NCBI GenBank assembly: GCA_002269645.1
Contig: NIVC01000654.1
Coordinates: forward strand, 189,009 to 253,008
Length of the DNA: 64,000 bases
Source of the DNA: Macrostomum lignano
Lineage: Eukaryota
Direction: 5' to 3'
Under the pieces are notes generated by a model. It did no database searches. It was not told where the DNA came from and saw only the letters and a program-made list of their open reading frames with translations. The position numbers and the translations under genes are program-made. Below are positions 61,771-64,000 of this stretch, in pieces; positions within the stretch are counted from its first letter, which is position 1; each line of letters begins with the position of its first letter.

Positions 61771-63314
61771 GTGTTCGATTCACAGCCATGAGGGCCAATC
61801 TCCAAAGCACTGAGAGTGTACATGTTTGACGATAAGAAAGTCAAAGGGCTGCTGTACACCCTTTATGAGCGTGTGTACGAGTGCGTGCGTGCTGTGTACA
61901 GTATTGGCGTGTGCTCAGGATACGTGCTTCTATGTGCTCAGGAGTCAGCGCGGAGTGGCCTCAGCACTTGTTGTGGGACCAGGTTGTCCACAGACCTCCA
62001 TACTATTATAACTAATATTAATACGCGTATATCTGTACTTCGAATGTCATGCAACCCGTGGTCAGTAAGTTATAACAAATGATAAACCAGCATTTCTTAA
62101 CAAGTTTATGTCACACCTTGGACACTCAAAGTCGGCCACTGCCCCAGATTCCGTGTATTATCTGGCATAGAAATCAGTGAAATCTTGTTTTTTCCCACCG
62201 CATGATTGAGTTACTGCCTGGCAAGGGTCTGTAGTTGCTTTTGAGAAAATAATATATGTATATAAGGAGCCAACAACATGCCCGCTGAGACCCGCGAAAT
62301 TGCCCTGCAGGCAAATTTGTGCGGCCTGGCGGCTCTGGAGGGGGGCTGGAGGATCCACAAAAAATCTGCCAGCTTCCAGGGCTTTGAGAACGAAGTGAGA
62401 AGGAATTAGAGGGGGGGGGGCGACCACCGCCTTCCCCCTATCTGTTTCCCCCGGTGTTGCTATATCATTCAATGGACCAAGGGATCTAAACTGAGAGAGT
62501 CTGGAGTTGGCCAACTCCTTATCTAGAAACCTAAATCCTAAGAAATCCTATTTCTAAGACACTTCTCAGTGTGTCCTTATTCACTGTATGTTTGTAAAAT
62601 TGAAAAATTGGTTAAATGAATAAAAATATTCAAGAGAACGCATAGCGCTGAATGGGTTCTGGCCATAGACAAATTCGGCCTATAGAAACATCAGATTTCT
62701 CTAGAAGCATATACTAAATTTACTGGCGATAGGACACATATCCGGCATCCATTTTTGGGGCTGCATGGCCCTCGGGGAGTTGGAGAAGTGTTTCCAAATC
62801 CCGGCTCTAGTTCCGAGTCTCCTTGGCCATGCGGAGCATTTGCGGCGCGCAGGTTTTGCTCCAAACTTCATCCAGCCAAGTGGAACAGGGCAGAGGAGCT
62901 GGAGAAAGAGGGAGGGGGTCAAGCTTCTCTATATCTCCCTTGTCTATCTCTGCCGCCGGGTCCACCTCTCACTAGCTCTGTCTCCCACTGTCTCATTCTC
63001 TCCTTTCTGTCCGCAGCAGGAACTGTAACTCAATTCATTAGCTGGTCCGCCAGTGCCTCCAGGCGACTGCGGCCCCCTCAATGCTGCATGCAAGCCTTGA
63101 GGGTTCGAATCATTAAATTCGAATCAAGGCGAAGACGAACTCAAGGAGAGAAGAAGTCTCAGAAATAGAGATGGGTAGAGTTTGAGAACTGTGGAAGCGC
63201 GAATGCAACTTGATGCACGTGTATTTTGGGATGCTGGGGAGTTTTTGCTGAGATTTGCACGCTTTGCTGTTGTTTGGGCAAACTAGCTCATGGAGGTTTA
63301 ATAGAGCTTTGGAG

Positions 63315-63930
63315 ATCTATTCCAGTTTGGGAGATCTATCAGCTTGTGCGGATCTATTCCAGTTTGGGAGATCTATCAGCTTGTGCGGATCTATTCCAGT
63401 TTGGGAGATCTATTCCAGTTTGAGAGATCTATTCCAGTTTGGGAGATCTATTCCAGTTTGAGAGATCTATTCCAGTTTGAGAGATCTATTCCAGTTTGAG
63501 AGATCTATTCCAGTTTGAGAGATCTATTCCAGTTTGAGAGATCTATTCCAGTTTGAGAGATCTATTCCAGTTTGAGAGATCTATTCCAGTTTGAGAGATC
63601 AATTCCAGTTTGAGAGATCTATTCCAGTTTGAGAGATCTATTCCAGTTTGAGAGATCTATTCCAGTTTGAGAGATCTATTCCAGTTTGAGAGATCTATTC
63701 CAGTTTGGGAGATCTATAAACTCATGAGGATCTATTCTAGTTTGGGAGATCTACAAGCTCATGAGGATCTATTCCAGTTTGGGAGATCTACAAGCTCATG
63801 AGGATCTATTCCAGTTTGGGAGATCTACAAGCTCATGAGGATCTATTCCAGTTTGGGAGATCTACAAGCTCATGAGGATCTATTCTAGTTTGGGAGATCT
63901 ACAAGCTCATGAGGGCCTATTCTAGTTTGG
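63315..63930. repeat. 19-bp minisatellite (GAGATCTATTCCAGTTTGA) with a longer composite variant at the right end
   Basis: Period 19; later units add CTACAAGCTCATGAG. Confidence 0.95.
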
Positions 63931-64000
63931 AAGATGAGTTTTGGACTAAAAATATTCGTGTCAGTACGCTCACAACTAAGTGAAAGCAGTGAGGTGTAAA

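Overview
Eukaryotic (animal) genomic DNA with GT-AG spliceosomal introns, GC-rich exons and many intronic minisatellites. The style suggests a repeat-rich invertebrate such as a Macrostomum-like flatworm; this is inference and needs a BLAST check. Seven protein-coding genes were reconstructed exon by exon: RAD50 (minus, 3' end outside the window), GAS8/DRC4 (head-to-head with RAD50), an M6P-receptor/ATG27-like membrane protein, a secreted fibrinogen-related protein, a ~1109-aa ankyrin-repeat + Mab-21/cGAS-like nucleotidyltransferase (cGLR), ORC4 and WDR86. The intervals contain many non-autonomous DNA transposons with readable target-site duplications, a solo LTR nested inside a MITE, a decayed gypsy pol fragment, two tRNA-derived SINE families and about 20 tandem arrays. 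The strongest candidate for an undescribed system is the 14-ankyrin cGLR. Its catalytic residues look intact once a 94-bp intron is removed, it has an unassigned C-terminal domain, and it lies in a TE-dense island near a fibrinogen-related gene. Most long ORFs in the supplied track are repeat artefacts. There is no CRISPR array. All coordinates were read by hand and no database searches were run.
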